Of a stretch of DNA of 64,000 nt, positions 35,498 to 44,596 are shown one piece after another. Within the stretch, counting starts at the first letter, position 1; each line of letters begins with the position of its first letter. The notes beneath the pieces are model-generated. The model was not told the DNA's origin and did no database searches. It worked only from the letters and a program-made list of their open reading frames with translations. The stretch is from an uncultured bacterium (lineage in GTDB: Bacteria; Omnitrophota; Omnitrophia; Omnitrophales; Aquincolibacteriaceae), in NCBI GenBank assembly GCA_964562525.1, contig CAZLTL010000009.1, positions 11,352-75,351 of the forward strand, given 5' to 3'. The position numbers and the translations under genes are program-made.

Positions 35498-36629
35498 AAA
35501 CTTCCAAGAAACGCGGAAATTTCGTAAAGTTTCGACAGCTGGTTTTTGTGACTAGAACCACGTCTTCAAGGCGCACTCCGCCGATACCTTCATAATAAAG
35601 TCCTGGTTCCACGGTTACGACATGGCCCGGTTTTAAAATGTCATTGGCGCGGCCCACACGAGGTTGCTCATGCACATCAAGCCCTAATCCATGACCCGTG
35701 CCGTGAAAAAATCCCTGCATGCGGCCGTTAATATTTCCGGTTTTAAAACCCAGTTTTTCAAAATATTTTTGAATTGCGCCATGAACCGTGCTTGCATCCA
35801 CACCCGGCTTAATCATTTTAAATCCAATTTCTTGCCCTTCATAAACCGCGTTATACATAGCTTTAAGTTTAGGTGAAGCTTTGCCTTTTACCAGTGTGCG
35901 TGAAAAGTCCGCGTGATAGCGCGATTTCATGTGGCGAGGAAAAATATCAAAGATGATGGACTGATTCGGAAGAAGAGGGCCTGAACCTTCATCATGCGGA
36001 TCAACCGCGTGTTTACCGCAAGCGATAATCGCGCGCGGACCCACGCAATCAAGCTCGAGCAAGCGGGCATTGAGGCGTGCGCGCACACTTTCACTCGTCA
36101 GCATTTGTGTGCCGGCGTAAATGCGATTACCCTTGATCTTAGCTTTCTTTAAAAAAGCGACAATTTCACCAAAAGCAATTTCCACTTGGCGAATCGCGGT
36201 TTCAATCGCTTTGGCTTCCGCCGCTGTTTTTAAAGTGCGCCCTTCAAAGAACGGATCCGTTTTGACTTCGATTTTAAGGCCTTGTTTGCGCAGGGAGTCG
36301 GCATAGTAAAGCGGAAAATTTTCCGGCACAAAAAAAGACTTCGCTTTCTTAGAGTGCGCGAACCAGCTGATCAGCTCCATGTAAGAAGGTCTGCGTTTTT
36401 CTTTTTTGGCAAAGGTTTGTGCTAAGTCCGAAACAGAAACAATTTCATCAACCGCGGCTTCTTTGCGCGCACGGTCGACTTCAAGATCGCTCATCAGGGC
36501 ATAGCTTTTGCCGCGTATGCGGAAATAGACGAAATCGTCGGGCACCAGAAAGCGGGTGGCGTAATACATGTTTTGATCCGCTTCACTCGAAGCAACCATC
36601 AATAAGTCAGATTTTTTGGATTGAGGCAT
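35496..36629 (-). CDS. M24-family metallopeptidase (Xaa-Pro aminopeptidase / creatinase-fold)
   Basis: HGTGHGLGLDVHEQP and EPGLYYEGIGGVRLED are the M24 'pita-bread' metal-ligand motifs; 377 aa. Confidence 0.8.
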   Translation of the reverse strand: MPQSKKSDLLMVASSEADQNMYYATRFLVPDDFVYFRIRGKSYALMSDLEVDRARKEAAVDEIVSVSDLAQTFAKKEKRRPSYMELISWFAHSKKAKSFFVPENFPLYYADSLRKQGLKIEVKTDPFFEGRTLKTAAEAKAIETAIRQVEIAFGEIVAFLKKAKIKGNRIYAGTQMLTSESVRARLNARLLELDCVGPRAIIACGKHAVDPHDEGSGPLLPNQSIIFDIFPRHMKSRYHADFSRTLVKGKASPKLKAMYNAVYEGQEIGFKMIKPGVDASTVHGAIQKYFEKLGFKTGNINGRMQGFFHGTGHGLGLDVHEQPRVGRANDILKPGHVVTVEPGLYYEGIGGVRLEDVVLVTKTSCRNFTKFPRFLEV

Positions 36630-36751
36630 AAATAATTCCTTTGAGGGCCGTTTTTTAGGCTTGTTTCTATTCTACCCGAGGAAATCCTGAAAAGCGAACA
36701 ACTAAGCGTGGCCTTTTAGACGCTCAGGGTTTGCCGGGCACAAGTTTCATG

Positions 36752-36779
36752 TTGCAATTATTTGAAGCCCGCTTATAAT
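36752..36779 (+). promoter_or_regulatory. Sigma70-type promoter for the marR-tolC-RND operon (-35 TTGCAA, 16-nt spacer, -10 TATAAT)
   Basis: gTTGCAAttatttgaagcccgctTATAATt read directly, in the divergent region between the M24 peptidase gene (-) and marR (+). Confidence 0.4.
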
Positions 36780-36796
36780 TCCGGCACCTATTTAAT

Positions 36797-36832
36797 TCAA
36801 TCATTTAACTATTCAACCATTAAACTGATTTA
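36797..36832. promoter_or_regulatory. Imperfect inverted repeat AATCATTTAA-N13-TTAAACTGATT, candidate MarR operator
   Basis: Lies between the promoter and the marR ATG (36836). MarR-family proteins bind such palindromes overlapping their own promoters. Confidence 0.25.
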
Positions 36833-36835
36833 GGC

Positions 36836-37285
36836 ATGAAAGAAAAAGAAGCTTTTGTTCGTAACTTCCGCGAAGTTCAGCCCAAGTTTTCGCGCCTTTG
36901 CATGCGCAAGCTCGTGCAGTCGGGCTTGACCATGCCGCAATACGCTTTGCTTAATCTTGTGGTTGCGGGCCCTGTCGCGATGAAAGACTTGAGCACAAAA
37001 CTGCTTGTATCCAAGCCTGCGGTGACCAACCTTGTCGATCGGCTCGAGAAGCACGGATTTTTAAAACGCATTCATGACGAGAATGACCGCCGTATCTCTT
37101 TGATCGAAATTCGCCCTAAAGGGCAAAAGTTAATTCTCGGCATGCAAACCAATGCGTTGGGTGTTTTGTTGCGCGCGCTTGAAAAGTTTACGCCGACCGA
37201 ACGCGCGGTGATCACCAAGTTCCATGAAGTGCTATCGCTTTGCTTTGATCAGGATTTGTCCAAAGGGATTCGGGGGGCAAAATGA
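36836..37285 (+). CDS. MarR-family transcriptional regulator
   Basis: 149 aa, winged-helix text 'MPQYALLNLVVAGPVAMKDLSTKLLVSKPAVTNLVDRLEKHGFLKRIHDENDRR'. Its stop overlaps the next start (ATGA). Confidence 0.8.
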   Translation: MKEKEAFVRNFREVQPKFSRLCMRKLVQSGLTMPQYALLNLVVAGPVAMKDLSTKLLVSKPAVTNLVDRLEKHGFLKRIHDENDRRISLIEIRPKGQKLILGMQTNALGVLLRALEKFTPTERAVITKFHEVLSLCFDQDLSKGIRGAK

Positions 37286-38673
37286 AATTTTATTTTATGA
37301 AACCGCTCGCTTTGCTTCTGTCGGTGATTTTTGCTTTGGATTCATCGGCTGCGTTTGCGATGGCGCGTTTTCCCTCTGAAGAGCCTGTTTTGCAAAGAGA
37401 TGAAGGTGGAAGCTTATCGGCGGAAGCCCAAAGTATGAACTTTGAAGAGTTTATTCAAGTCAGTTTGCGCCGCAGTGATATGGTCAAATCCGCTCGTGAA
37501 GAAATTAAGATCGCGCGCGCACGAACGCTGCAAGCTTTTGGCGAAGCGATTGGCGACGGAGATTTCGTTATTACCAACCGCTACCAAGAAGAGCAAGCTT
37601 CAGGCCCGGGCGGAGCTGACGGCAGCACGAGCACCGCGCGTGCCGCCCATCGGCGCGAAAGGCGCTTTGCTTTTAGCCAGCCCCTTTTTCAAGGTTTCAA
37701 ATCAGTCGGGGCGCTGATGGGCGCTGGTAATTTAAAAAATCAGCGCAAAGAAGAACACGACCTTGCCAAAGAAGATTTGTTTCTCGAGGCTTCCGAAGCC
37801 TTTTACGCGCTTCTTTCCGCAGACAAGAATTTGGCGATTTTAGATGAAAGCAAAAAACTTTTTGAAGAACGCATTCGTGATTTGCAAGAACGCGAAAAAA
37901 TCGGCCGGTCGCGGCCGGGCGAAGTCGCGATGGCGCGCGCAAAAATGAAGGTGCTGGAAGCCCGTATTGCCAAAGCCCGCGGAACTTTGCTTTCCGCGCA
38001 AAGCCTGGCTTGGTTTTATTCGGGCGTTTCACATATGAAGCCGCAAGATGAAGATCCTGAGACTTTTTCCGAGACATTGGAAATTGATTCCGCTCATTAT
38101 GCTGAAATTGCTGAGAGCCGTTCGGATGTTGCCGCGGCGCGCGAGGCTGTGGGAACCGCGAAGCAAACCATCGTGGTGAAGCAAAGCGCGATTTGGCCGC
38201 AAATTAATTTGGAAGCGAATCAATATGAAAAGCGTGAAGGTTTTCAAGACGGCATCAGCTGGGACGCGTTGATTACGATGAATGTCCCGCTTTACCGCGG
38301 TGGCGATAATTTAGGGCAAGTTTTGGAAGCGCAGGCGAATTACCGTAAGGCACAATGGAACTATCGCTTGGTTCAAAAAACAGCTCTGCTCGAAATCGAA
38401 CAAACCCATCAGGATTGGATTGCTTCTCGTGAACAACATCGCGCTTATCAGGCGGCGGTTGAAGCGAGTCAGGAAAATTTTAATTATCAAAAAGAAGATT
38501 ACTCTAAAAACTTGGTTAGCAATTTAGACGTGCTCGCCGCGCTTGAAGAATTACTCAGTATTCGCGAAGAAGCCAATGCCACGCTTTATACGATGAAGTC
38601 TAATTATTGGCGTTTGCAAATCGCGTCTAGTTCCAAAGTTCCCGAATGGGCGGAAAACCAGACTAAAGACTAA
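37282..38673 (+). CDS. TolC-like outer-membrane efflux protein (OEP family)
   Basis: 463 aa with a signal peptide (MKFYFMKPLALLLSVIFALDSSAAFA) and two internal OEP-like repeats with coiled-coil text. Sits directly upstream of the RND pump. Confidence 0.7.
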   Translation: MKFYFMKPLALLLSVIFALDSSAAFAMARFPSEEPVLQRDEGGSLSAEAQSMNFEEFIQVSLRRSDMVKSAREEIKIARARTLQAFGEAIGDGDFVITNRYQEEQASGPGGADGSTSTARAAHRRERRFAFSQPLFQGFKSVGALMGAGNLKNQRKEEHDLAKEDLFLEASEAFYALLSADKNLAILDESKKLFEERIRDLQEREKIGRSRPGEVAMARAKMKVLEARIAKARGTLLSAQSLAWFYSGVSHMKPQDEDPETFSETLEIDSAHYAEIAESRSDVAAAREAVGTAKQTIVVKQSAIWPQINLEANQYEKREGFQDGISWDALITMNVPLYRGGDNLGQVLEAQANYRKAQWNYRLVQKTALLEIEQTHQDWIASREQHRAYQAAVEASQENFNYQKEDYSKNLVSNLDVLAALEELLSIREEANATLYTMKSNYWRLQIASSSKVPEWAENQTKD

Positions 38674-38695
38674 AGACCAAAGACAAACGAAGAAA
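38645..38695 (+). repeat. Short tandem repeat (ctaaagac/caaagac units) spanning the tolC-like stop codon
   Basis: cagaCTAAAGACTAAAGACCAAAGACaaacgaag read directly. Confidence 0.4.
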
Positions 38696-38702
38696 ATTTT
38701 TT

Positions 38703-41700
38703 GTGAATTTAACTCAATTTTCAATTAAAAATCCGGTGTTCGCGTGGATGCTCATGATCGGGCTCATGCTGTTCGGTTTTGTCAGTTTTAAAAGCTTGGG
38801 CGTGGGCCAAATGCCCGATGTGGATTTTCCCGTTTTAACTGTTCAGCTCACATGGGAAGGCGCCGCGCCGGAAGTTATGGAAAGCGACGCGGTCGATTTG
38901 GTTGAAGATGTCATGATGGGTGTCGAAGGCATCAAAGACATCAGCTCCTCCTCGCGCCAAGGGCATGCGACCATTACCGCCGAATTTAATTTGGGCCGCG
39001 ACATTGACGCCGCCTTGCAGGAAGTGCAGAGCAAAATCGCCGAAGTTCAATACCGCCTGCCTAAAGACATGGACTCGCCGGTCATCGCGAAATTCAATCC
39101 CGAAGATCAGCCGATTATGTGGATTGCGGTTTCAAGCGACACAAAGTCTCGCCGCGAGCTGATGGAATATGTTGACCGCAGCTTGAAAGATATTTTCAAA
39201 ACCGTTCCGGGTGTCGGGGAAGTCATGCTGGGCGGTTACCTCGACCCCAATTTGCGTATTTGGCTTGATACCAAAAAAATGGATGAATATCAGGTGACGG
39301 TGGAAGACGTAATTGATTCCATTGCGGGCGGACATTTGGAAACTCCCGCCGGTTATCTTGAAACCGCCCGCACCGAAACGACTGTGCGCGCCATGGGTGA
39401 AGCCCGCAGCGTGGAAGAATTCGAGAAAATTATTATCGAAAAACGTGCTGGTAAAGCCGTTTACAAATCGATTCCGCTCAAAGCGGTCGCGCGCATTGAG
39501 GACGGCCTTGCTGATATTCGTAGTATTTCTCGCGTGATGGGTAAAACATCGGTCGGGTTAGGTATTCGCAAACAGCGCGGAACGAACACGGTTGCGGTAG
39601 CGAAAGGCGTGAAGAAAAAACTCGAAATCGTTAAAAGAGATATTCCCAAAGATTATGAAATTGGAATCAACTTTGATTCCACAAAGTTCATTGAAGAGTC
39701 GGTGCATGAACTTGTATTTACTTTGATCCTTTCTTCTTTGCTGACTGCTTTTGTCTGCTGGCTGTTTTTGGGGTCATGGACGACAACGCTGAATATTTTG
39801 CTCGCAATTCCAACTTCGCTGCTCGGAACTTTTATCGTGATGAAATTCGCCGGATTCACGATGAATACTTTTACGCTTTTAGGTTTGTCGCTTGCCGTGG
39901 GCATTGTCGTGGATGACGCCATCATGGTGCTTGAAAATATTGTGCGCCATTCCGAAATGGGGAAAGACCGTAAAACTGCCGCTCTCGACGGAACCCGCCA
40001 AATTACGGGCGCGGCTGTTGCGGCCACGATCGCGATTGCCGCCATTTTTATTCCCGTGGTCTATATGGACGGCATTATCGGAAAATTTTTCATGCAATTC
40101 GGCGTCACCATTACCGCCGCGGTTTTGCTTTCATTGCTGGAAGCCGTCACGCTCGCGCCGATGCGCTGTTCGCGTTTCCTCGAACATGGCAACCGCAATG
40201 ACCCTTTCGGAAAATGGTTTGAAAAAGCCTTGGTGGATTTGTCAGTGGGGTATTCGCGAATTTTGGATAAGGCGATCAAACATCGCCGCTGGGTTTTTGG
40301 TTTTGCCGCGCTTATTTTCGTGGGCTCTTTTTTCCTTTTGCCGCATATCCGCAAAGAATTTGTCCCCGCGCAGGATCAAAGCATGATGCTGATCCGCGTT
40401 CAAACACCGATTGATTCTTCGATGGAATACACCAGCGAAAAAATGAAAGAAGTTGAAAAGCTTGTGATGGATCATCCCTCGACGCGCCGCTATTACTGCG
40501 CGGTGGGCGGATTCTCCGGCGGTGAAACCAATGCCGGAATGTTGTTTGTGAGTTTGAAGGAACCGAAGGACCGTCCGAAAGATGCGAAGCTCGGTCGCCG
40601 GCCCACGCAGGATGAAGTCATGGAGCAATTCCGTGAAAGCATGAAAGCGGTGAAAGATATTCGCCCTGTTCTGCAAGATCTATCATTGCGTGGTTTTTCC
40701 GCTCAGCGTGGCTTTCCGGTTGAGTTTACAGTGCGCGGGCCCAATTGGGACACGCTTGTCGAAGCCTCTGAAAAAATTCAAGCAGAAATGCGCAAAAGCG
40801 ATTTACTGAATGATGTGGACACAGACTATCTTTCGGGCAAACCCGAAATTCGTGTTTATCCCGACCGCGATAAAGCGTATGAGCATGGCGTCAGCGTTAG
40901 CACCATCGCTACCACCATTAACGCGCTGATTGGCGGCGAACGCGTTGCGAAATACACCAAAGACGGCCGCCGTTATGATGTGCGCGTGAAGCTTGAAGCC
41001 ACTGAGCGCGTGAAGGCTGACAATATTCTTGATTTGAATCTTTGGAATAATCGCGGTGAGCTCGTGCGTATGCGCGATGTGGTGAAGCTCGAAGAAAAAC
41101 CCAGTTTGCTCGTTGTAACGCGCAAAGGCCGTGAACGCGCCATCGGTATTTTTTCAAATGTCGCGGCGGGCAAATCGCAGGCGTTAGCCATTGACCACGC
41201 GCGCGAAATCGCAAAAAAGCATTTGCCGCCTGGGTATCGCGCGGTGTTCAGCGGAACCAGCGAAACCTTTAAAGAATCATTTCAAAGTTTGATGGTCGCG
41301 TTTTGGCTGGGCATTATTGTCGGCTTCATGGTGCTTGCGTCGCAATATAACCATGTCATTCATCCGATTACGATTTATCTCGCGCTGCCGTTTAGTTTAA
41401 CCGGCGCTTTTTTTGGGCTCTGGGTGACGGATCAATCGCTCAATATCTTCAGCTTCATCGGGCTTTTGCTTTTGATGGGTATCGTAAAAAAGAACTCGAT
41501 TATGCTCGTTGAGTTTATGAATCAATTGCGCGAAGACGGCAAAGATTTGATGTCTGCTGTGCGTGAAGCCGCGCCGGTGCGCTTGCGCCCGATTTTAATG
41601 ACGACTGTCGCGACGGTTGCCGCCGCGGTTCCACCCGCGCTTGCGATTGGGCCCGGTGCAGAGACTCGCATTCCTATGGCGGTGGTCGTTATCGGCGGCG

Positions 41701-41804
41701 TGACGGTTTCTGCGATTTTGACTTTGTTTGTCGTTCCTTGCGCGTATATTTCCTTTGCACATTTGGAAGAATGGTTTGGGAAGCTCAGGCGCCGCAAAGC
41801 TTAA
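38703..41804 (+). CDS. RND-family inner-membrane efflux transporter (AcrB/CzcA-like)
   Basis: 1033 aa, GTG start. N-terminus VNLTQFSIKNPVFAWMLMIGLMLFGFVSF, 12-TM pattern with two large periplasmic loops, and a C-terminal 'AVPPALAIGPGAETRIPMAVVVIGGVTVSAILTLFVVP'. Confidence 0.85.
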   Translation: MNLTQFSIKNPVFAWMLMIGLMLFGFVSFKSLGVGQMPDVDFPVLTVQLTWEGAAPEVMESDAVDLVEDVMMGVEGIKDISSSSRQGHATITAEFNLGRDIDAALQEVQSKIAEVQYRLPKDMDSPVIAKFNPEDQPIMWIAVSSDTKSRRELMEYVDRSLKDIFKTVPGVGEVMLGGYLDPNLRIWLDTKKMDEYQVTVEDVIDSIAGGHLETPAGYLETARTETTVRAMGEARSVEEFEKIIIEKRAGKAVYKSIPLKAVARIEDGLADIRSISRVMGKTSVGLGIRKQRGTNTVAVAKGVKKKLEIVKRDIPKDYEIGINFDSTKFIEESVHELVFTLILSSLLTAFVCWLFLGSWTTTLNILLAIPTSLLGTFIVMKFAGFTMNTFTLLGLSLAVGIVVDDAIMVLENIVRHSEMGKDRKTAALDGTRQITGAAVAATIAIAAIFIPVVYMDGIIGKFFMQFGVTITAAVLLSLLEAVTLAPMRCSRFLEHGNRNDPFGKWFEKALVDLSVGYSRILDKAIKHRRWVFGFAALIFVGSFFLLPHIRKEFVPAQDQSMMLIRVQTPIDSSMEYTSEKMKEVEKLVMDHPSTRRYYCAVGGFSGGETNAGMLFVSLKEPKDRPKDAKLGRRPTQDEVMEQFRESMKAVKDIRPVLQDLSLRGFSAQRGFPVEFTVRGPNWDTLVEASEKIQAEMRKSDLLNDVDTDYLSGKPEIRVYPDRDKAYEHGVSVSTIATTINALIGGERVAKYTKDGRRYDVRVKLEATERVKADNILDLNLWNNRGELVRMRDVVKLEEKPSLLVVTRKGRERAIGIFSNVAAGKSQALAIDHAREIAKKHLPPGYRAVFSGTSETFKESFQSLMVAFWLGIIVGFMVLASQYNHVIHPITIYLALPFSLTGAFFGLWVTDQSLNIFSFIGLLLLMGIVKKNSIMLVEFMNQLREDGKDLMSAVREAAPVRLRPILMTTVATVAAAVPPALAIGPGAETRIPMAVVVIGGVTVSAILTLFVVPCAYISFAHLEEWFGKLRRRKA

Positions 41805-42147
41805 TGTCCTCAGCGCCGGACAGGCTTTAATCCTCAGCGGCGGATGGCCTTGCGCCTCCGGAGCCGGCGCGGGCTCCGCAAGCCTGTTTCGAAACGCTTG
41901 TTCCGGTTCATGATTCTGTCTCATTCGGCGAAGGAAGCCTTCCGCGGATGGAACGCGGCATTCCTTTCGCCTCACTCGCAAGAATCATTCCCTCCACTTC
42001 GCATGTTTCTCAACACTGGCTTGCTGTAACCAAAGATCCCGGATCTAAGGAAACAAACCCGGGATCTGGGCTGTTTCTCCTTGTCATTCCCGGCTCGATC
42101 GGGAATCCAGCGGTTTTTATTTCTAAACTGGCATATAATTTTACCCC
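41805..42147. repeat. Repeat-rich intergenic region carrying palindromic units related to 'tgtcattcccg...cgggaatcc' (repeat family B) and 'cccggatct...cccgggatctggg'
   Basis: 42080-42112 reads ccttgtcattcccggctcgatcgggaatccagcgg. 42038-42070 reads cccggatctaaggaaacaaacccgggatctggg. 41936-41975 reads ccttccgcggatggaacgcggcattcc, a possible degenerate inverted copy. Confidence 0.45.
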
Positions 42148-43215
42148 ATGTTTGTAATTACTAAGAAAACTCCTCCGCCAGCCAACCTGTCAAAAGACGA
42201 ACATGATTTTGTTATTTCTTGTCGTGAAATTTTGGAGTTTGTTTTAAAGGTTTATGAAAGTACAGGCAAGTATCCAGAAGAACTTAATTTAGAGTTTGAG
42301 TTTGAAGAAAAGTTTTCAGTAGAAGACTTTAGAAAACTAAGAGACCTTGATATGTTAAAGGCTAATTATTCGCTTCAGCCGACCAGAACCGAATTAACAT
42401 TTTTTGGTTTTTTGTATTGCAGCAGTGAAGAAGCAAAAAAGTATCAAAAATCTATGGAGGATGCATTTAATTTTTTAATGAAGACTCTTCGTGAGGAAAG
42501 GAAAGAGGTAGATCTTCAGCTAGACGATTTTTGCCGATTGGTGAACCCTAAGCTGGGAGTAACATTTCGACAGTTTTGGGAAAGGCTGCTAGCTTTTTTT
42601 AACAGTGAACCATTTGTAATTTTCACCATAAGCTGGAGTGGATCAAGTTCCGATGCGGGCAAGGTTTATTACTCTGTTTGTCCAAGAAAAAGGATACGTG
42701 AGTTTAAAGACTTTAGTCAATATCTTCAAAGGTGCTATGAATTAATTAAAGCCTCTCGAGGGATGGCAGAGCCTTCTGCGTTGATAGGCGACACTTTCAA
42801 TCAAGAGAAGGCGCCCGCCAAGCTTTATGTAAATGAGAAAAGAATTTTAGAGTTAAAAAATATAAAAAGCACAAAGTTTGATCTCTCAAAAACCGCTCAA
42901 ATTTTAGAAGAGATAAACAGATCATTTAAGTATCAAAATTACTTGTCAATTATTTTACTTTTAAGAATGTTGATTGATCATATTCCGCCCATTTTTGAGA
43001 TGGAGACTTTTAAGGAAGTGGCAAATGCTCAGCCGATTTCAGTTAAAAAAACATTTCTTAGATTTGATGAGCATGTTAGAAATGTCGCAGATCACTATAT
43101 TCATCAAAAAATCAGGAAAAAAGAACACCTTCCAAATGATACGCAGATTGATTTTCGAAGTGAGCTTGATTTTTTGTTAGGAGAAGTTATTCGAACATTG
43201 CATGAAAAATCTTAG
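42148..43215 (+). CDS. Hypothetical protein (355 aa), AT-rich orphan gene
   Basis: Clean ORF, visibly more AT-rich than its neighbours, no motif I recognise. Flanked upstream by family-B palindromic repeats and downstream by a cagtcg-type tandem repeat. Confidence 0.55.
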   Translation: MFVITKKTPPPANLSKDEHDFVISCREILEFVLKVYESTGKYPEELNLEFEFEEKFSVEDFRKLRDLDMLKANYSLQPTRTELTFFGFLYCSSEEAKKYQKSMEDAFNFLMKTLREERKEVDLQLDDFCRLVNPKLGVTFRQFWERLLAFFNSEPFVIFTISWSGSSSDAGKVYYSVCPRKRIREFKDFSQYLQRCYELIKASRGMAEPSALIGDTFNQEKAPAKLYVNEKRILELKNIKSTKFDLSKTAQILEEINRSFKYQNYLSIILLLRMLIDHIPPIFEMETFKEVANAQPISVKKTFLRFDEHVRNVADHYIHQKIRKKEHLPNDTQIDFRSELDFLLGEVIRTLHEKS

Positions 43216-43300
43216 GATTATAAAGAAATTAGAACATTTCTAGATGTGTCTGGTTTATCGGTGGTCGTTAGTCGTCAGTCGATAGTCTAAAAAGGTGGTT

Positions 43301-43606
43301 ATGGCAAATTGGGTTCGAGTTGCTACAAGTAAGGATGTCCCCACAAACACAGGCTTAGCCGTTGAGGTTGAGGGGCAGGCGGTTGCCTTATATAAGGTGG
43401 ATGGTCAGGTCTATGCTATCGAGGGGGTTTGTCCGCATGCGGGTGGGCCTTTGGCGGAGGGGAGTCTGAACGGTTGCTTGGCGATGTGTCCTTGGCATGG
43501 CTGGGAATTTGATGTGAAAACCGGCAAATGTGACTTCAATTCTGATATTGCGGTGAAAACCTACCCTGTGAAACAAGAAGGTGACGACATTTATATTAGT
43601 TTATAG
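43301..43606 (+). CDS. Rieske [2Fe-2S] domain protein (NirD-like small Rieske ferredoxin)
   Basis: CPHAGGPL ... CPWHGWEF are the two Rieske boxes CxH-Xn-CxxH. ATG at 43301, preceded by an AAAGG-5nt spacing, preferred over the track's GTG at 43295. Confidence 0.7.
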   Translation: MANWVRVATSKDVPTNTGLAVEVEGQAVALYKVDGQVYAIEGVCPHAGGPLAEGSLNGCLAMCPWHGWEFDVKTGKCDFNSDIAVKTYPVKQEGDDIYISL

Positions 43607-43611
43607 AGCAA

Positions 43612-43720
43612 AGTTCAGAGTTCAGAACCATAGATTAAAGCTCAAGACGGTTCGAACATCTGATTGCCTTTGATTTATGGTTTTGACTTCTGATTTTTGA
43701 ATTTTGAACTGTTTTTGGGT
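43612..43720. repeat. Repeat family C: imperfect palindrome built from 'agttcaaaattcaaaaatcagaagtcaaaaccata'-like arms
   Basis: 43617-43640 agttcagaaccatagat pairs with 43668-43715 ttatggttttgacttctgatttttgaattttgaact. The reverse complement of the latter closely matches 49385-49420. Confidence 0.4.
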
Positions 43721-43759
43721 TTGACGCTATAGCTAAAACCCGCTAAACTGCCGCTTCTT

Positions 43760-44596
43760 ATGTCACCTACAAATCTCAAAAATAAGCCGTCCATCGAAGA
43801 ACTTCAAGTTATCGCGAAGCGTGTTCGTCGTCATATTGTTGAAATGACGCACATGGCGGGTAATGGTCATCCGGGCGGGTCTCTCTCGGTGACTGAAATT
43901 TTAGTCGCGCTTTATTGTCATGCCGCAAAGTACGATACTAAAAATCCGAATTGGGCTGACCGTGACCGTATTATCTTGAGCAAAGGCCATGCTTGCCCTG
44001 CGCTTTACGCCGTGATGGCTGAAGTGGGTTATTTTGATGTTTCACTTTTGAAAACTTTCCGCAAAATCGGCAGTCCGCTTCAAGGACATCCCGATCGTCG
44101 TAAGCTTCCCGGAATTGAAGCTTCAACCGGTTCTTTAGGACAAGGTCTCTCAATCGGTATCGGACATGCGCTTGCTGCTAACCTTGATAAAAAAGATTAC
44201 AAAACTTTCTGCGTTATTTCTGATGGTGAATCAAACGAAGGCCAAATTTGGGAAGCGGCGATGATGGCCGGCCACCGTAAAATGGATAATTTGATTGCGG
44301 TTCTCGATGCTAATAAATATCAGCTCGATGATTCCACTGAAGCGATTTGCAATATGGAGCCGTTTACCGATAAATGGCGCGCGTTTCACTGGGAAGTGCG
44401 CGAAATTGACGGTCACGATATGAAGCAAGTTGTTGCCGCGCTTGAGTGGGCGAAAGCTGTTAAAGGCGCACCGGCGATGATTGTTGCGCATACGGTTAAA
44501 GGCAAAGGCGTTTCATTTATGGAAAACAACAATGCTTTCCACGGTGTTGCTCCGACGGATGCGGAATGTAAGAAAGCGTTGGAGGAACTCGCATGA
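43760..44596 (+). CDS. Transketolase, N-terminal (TPP-binding) subunit
   Basis: 278 aa with GHPGGSLS, 'SKGHACPALYA' and 'GSLGQGLSIGIGHALA...DGESNEGQIWEA', the classic TktA N-terminal motifs. Stop overlaps the next start (ATGA). Confidence 0.85.
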   Translation: MSPTNLKNKPSIEELQVIAKRVRRHIVEMTHMAGNGHPGGSLSVTEILVALYCHAAKYDTKNPNWADRDRIILSKGHACPALYAVMAEVGYFDVSLLKTFRKIGSPLQGHPDRRKLPGIEASTGSLGQGLSIGIGHALAANLDKKDYKTFCVISDGESNEGQIWEAAMMAGHRKMDNLIAVLDANKYQLDDSTEAICNMEPFTDKWRAFHWEVREIDGHDMKQVVAALEWAKAVKGAPAMIVAHTVKGKGVSFMENNNAFHGVAPTDAECKKALEELA

